The notes under the pieces: model-generated
Told to the model about the DNA's origin: nothing
What the model saw: the letters and a program-made list of their open reading frames with translations, nothing else
Database searches by the model: none
Position numbers and translations under genes: made by a program
Part shown: positions 63,224 through 64,000 of the stretch, one piece after another
Position numbering within the stretch: the first letter of the stretch is position 1
How the letters are laid out: the number at the start of each line of letters is the position of its first letter
Assembly: GCA_965178125.1 (NCBI GenBank)
Contig: OZ237772.1
Coordinates: 124,001 to 188,000, forward strand
Length of the DNA: 64,000 nucleotides
Source: Bilabrum cf. latius
Lineage: Eukaryota
Reading direction: 5' to 3'

Positions 63224-64000
63224 GCTGTCGGATGATCGACCGGGCAGGAAATAAAGCACACAACTCTGCTCTCGTGCTCCGGTCTAGCTGCCTCTGGTTT
63301 TCGTGGCTCCGGTTGTATACAAACATCTCGTTACAAAGTCACAATACAGACAGACTTGTGAGCCCTACCGTTCCGTCAGGGGGCTCATTACCGGAATAAA
63401 AATCGCCGATTGGGCCTATTTTCAGGGGCCGTGTTCCAACCATTGAAAATCATTAAAGAGAATAATAACTCATTTAATATAATATTTACTTCATTAATAG
63501 TATTGTGTGCAAATTTCAAGTCTGAAACGTACTTATTGACGAAGATACAGCGGGTGCAGTTCAAGCTGTCGGCCACCGAGCACGGGATTCACGAAATTCG
63601 CCCCGGCAGGTCGCATAGGAGGATATATTTCAGGTAGCGTTTATGCTTTCATTCCTCGATGAATCGGCATGATCTTCTCTCTCACACTAAATGTATTTAT
63701 AATTATACTAATGGCGGTCTGAAATTGCACGAATTGCAGTTATTGATGCCTGGGTTTGGTGAAGAGCGTGGGCGGGCCGCTGTGAGCAATTTTCGAGGCA
63801 CCTGCATCCTATTTCCTGTGCACCCATTGGCCTCATCAGGCGGCTACAGTATGTTATCCGTACAAAAGAGCATTGTAGGTCCACACGTGCTTGCTGCTCG
63901 CAACGACGAGCCTGGTGCCTCCCGGTTTCTGCCAGAGGGCTGCATGGGCTGGTTGTAGTTTTTTCTGCCTGCAATGCGTGTTCGGCATACCTGCTGGTTA

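Noticed and set aside
63410-64000. Possible start of a + strand gene at the window end
   Set aside because: Short AT-rich frames, no motif, truncated by the window edge.

Overview
GC-rich, intron-containing nuclear DNA of a eukaryote (probably a protist; the lineage cannot be established from the sequence alone). The key to the window is a non-standard genetic code: TAG is read as a sense codon, almost certainly Gln, while TAA and TGA remain stops. The standard-code ORF track therefore shatters real genes into same-frame fragments. Re-read with TAG=Gln and GT-AG introns, the window resolves into about 13 genes: a Kelch-like/TM/RING-H2 ligase; a Crinkler/RHS-type P-loop NTPase + PD-(D/E)xK nuclease gene and a divergent partner with 22-aa repeats, together enclosed by ~300-bp diverged direct repeats; a TM9SF nonaspanin; a cullin; an ELWxxDGT-repeat membrane protein; a cluster of three chimeric genes sharing modules (MABP-Tudor-USP9X/24/34-like N-terminus; ankyrin; Mib/HERC2-USP-like-coiled coil-PINK1-like kinase); a ~3,800-aa Pro-rich/coiled-coil protein; a low-complexity protein; and a choline-transporter-like (SLC44/CTL) gene. 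All domain calls come from by-eye motif recognition, not database searches.
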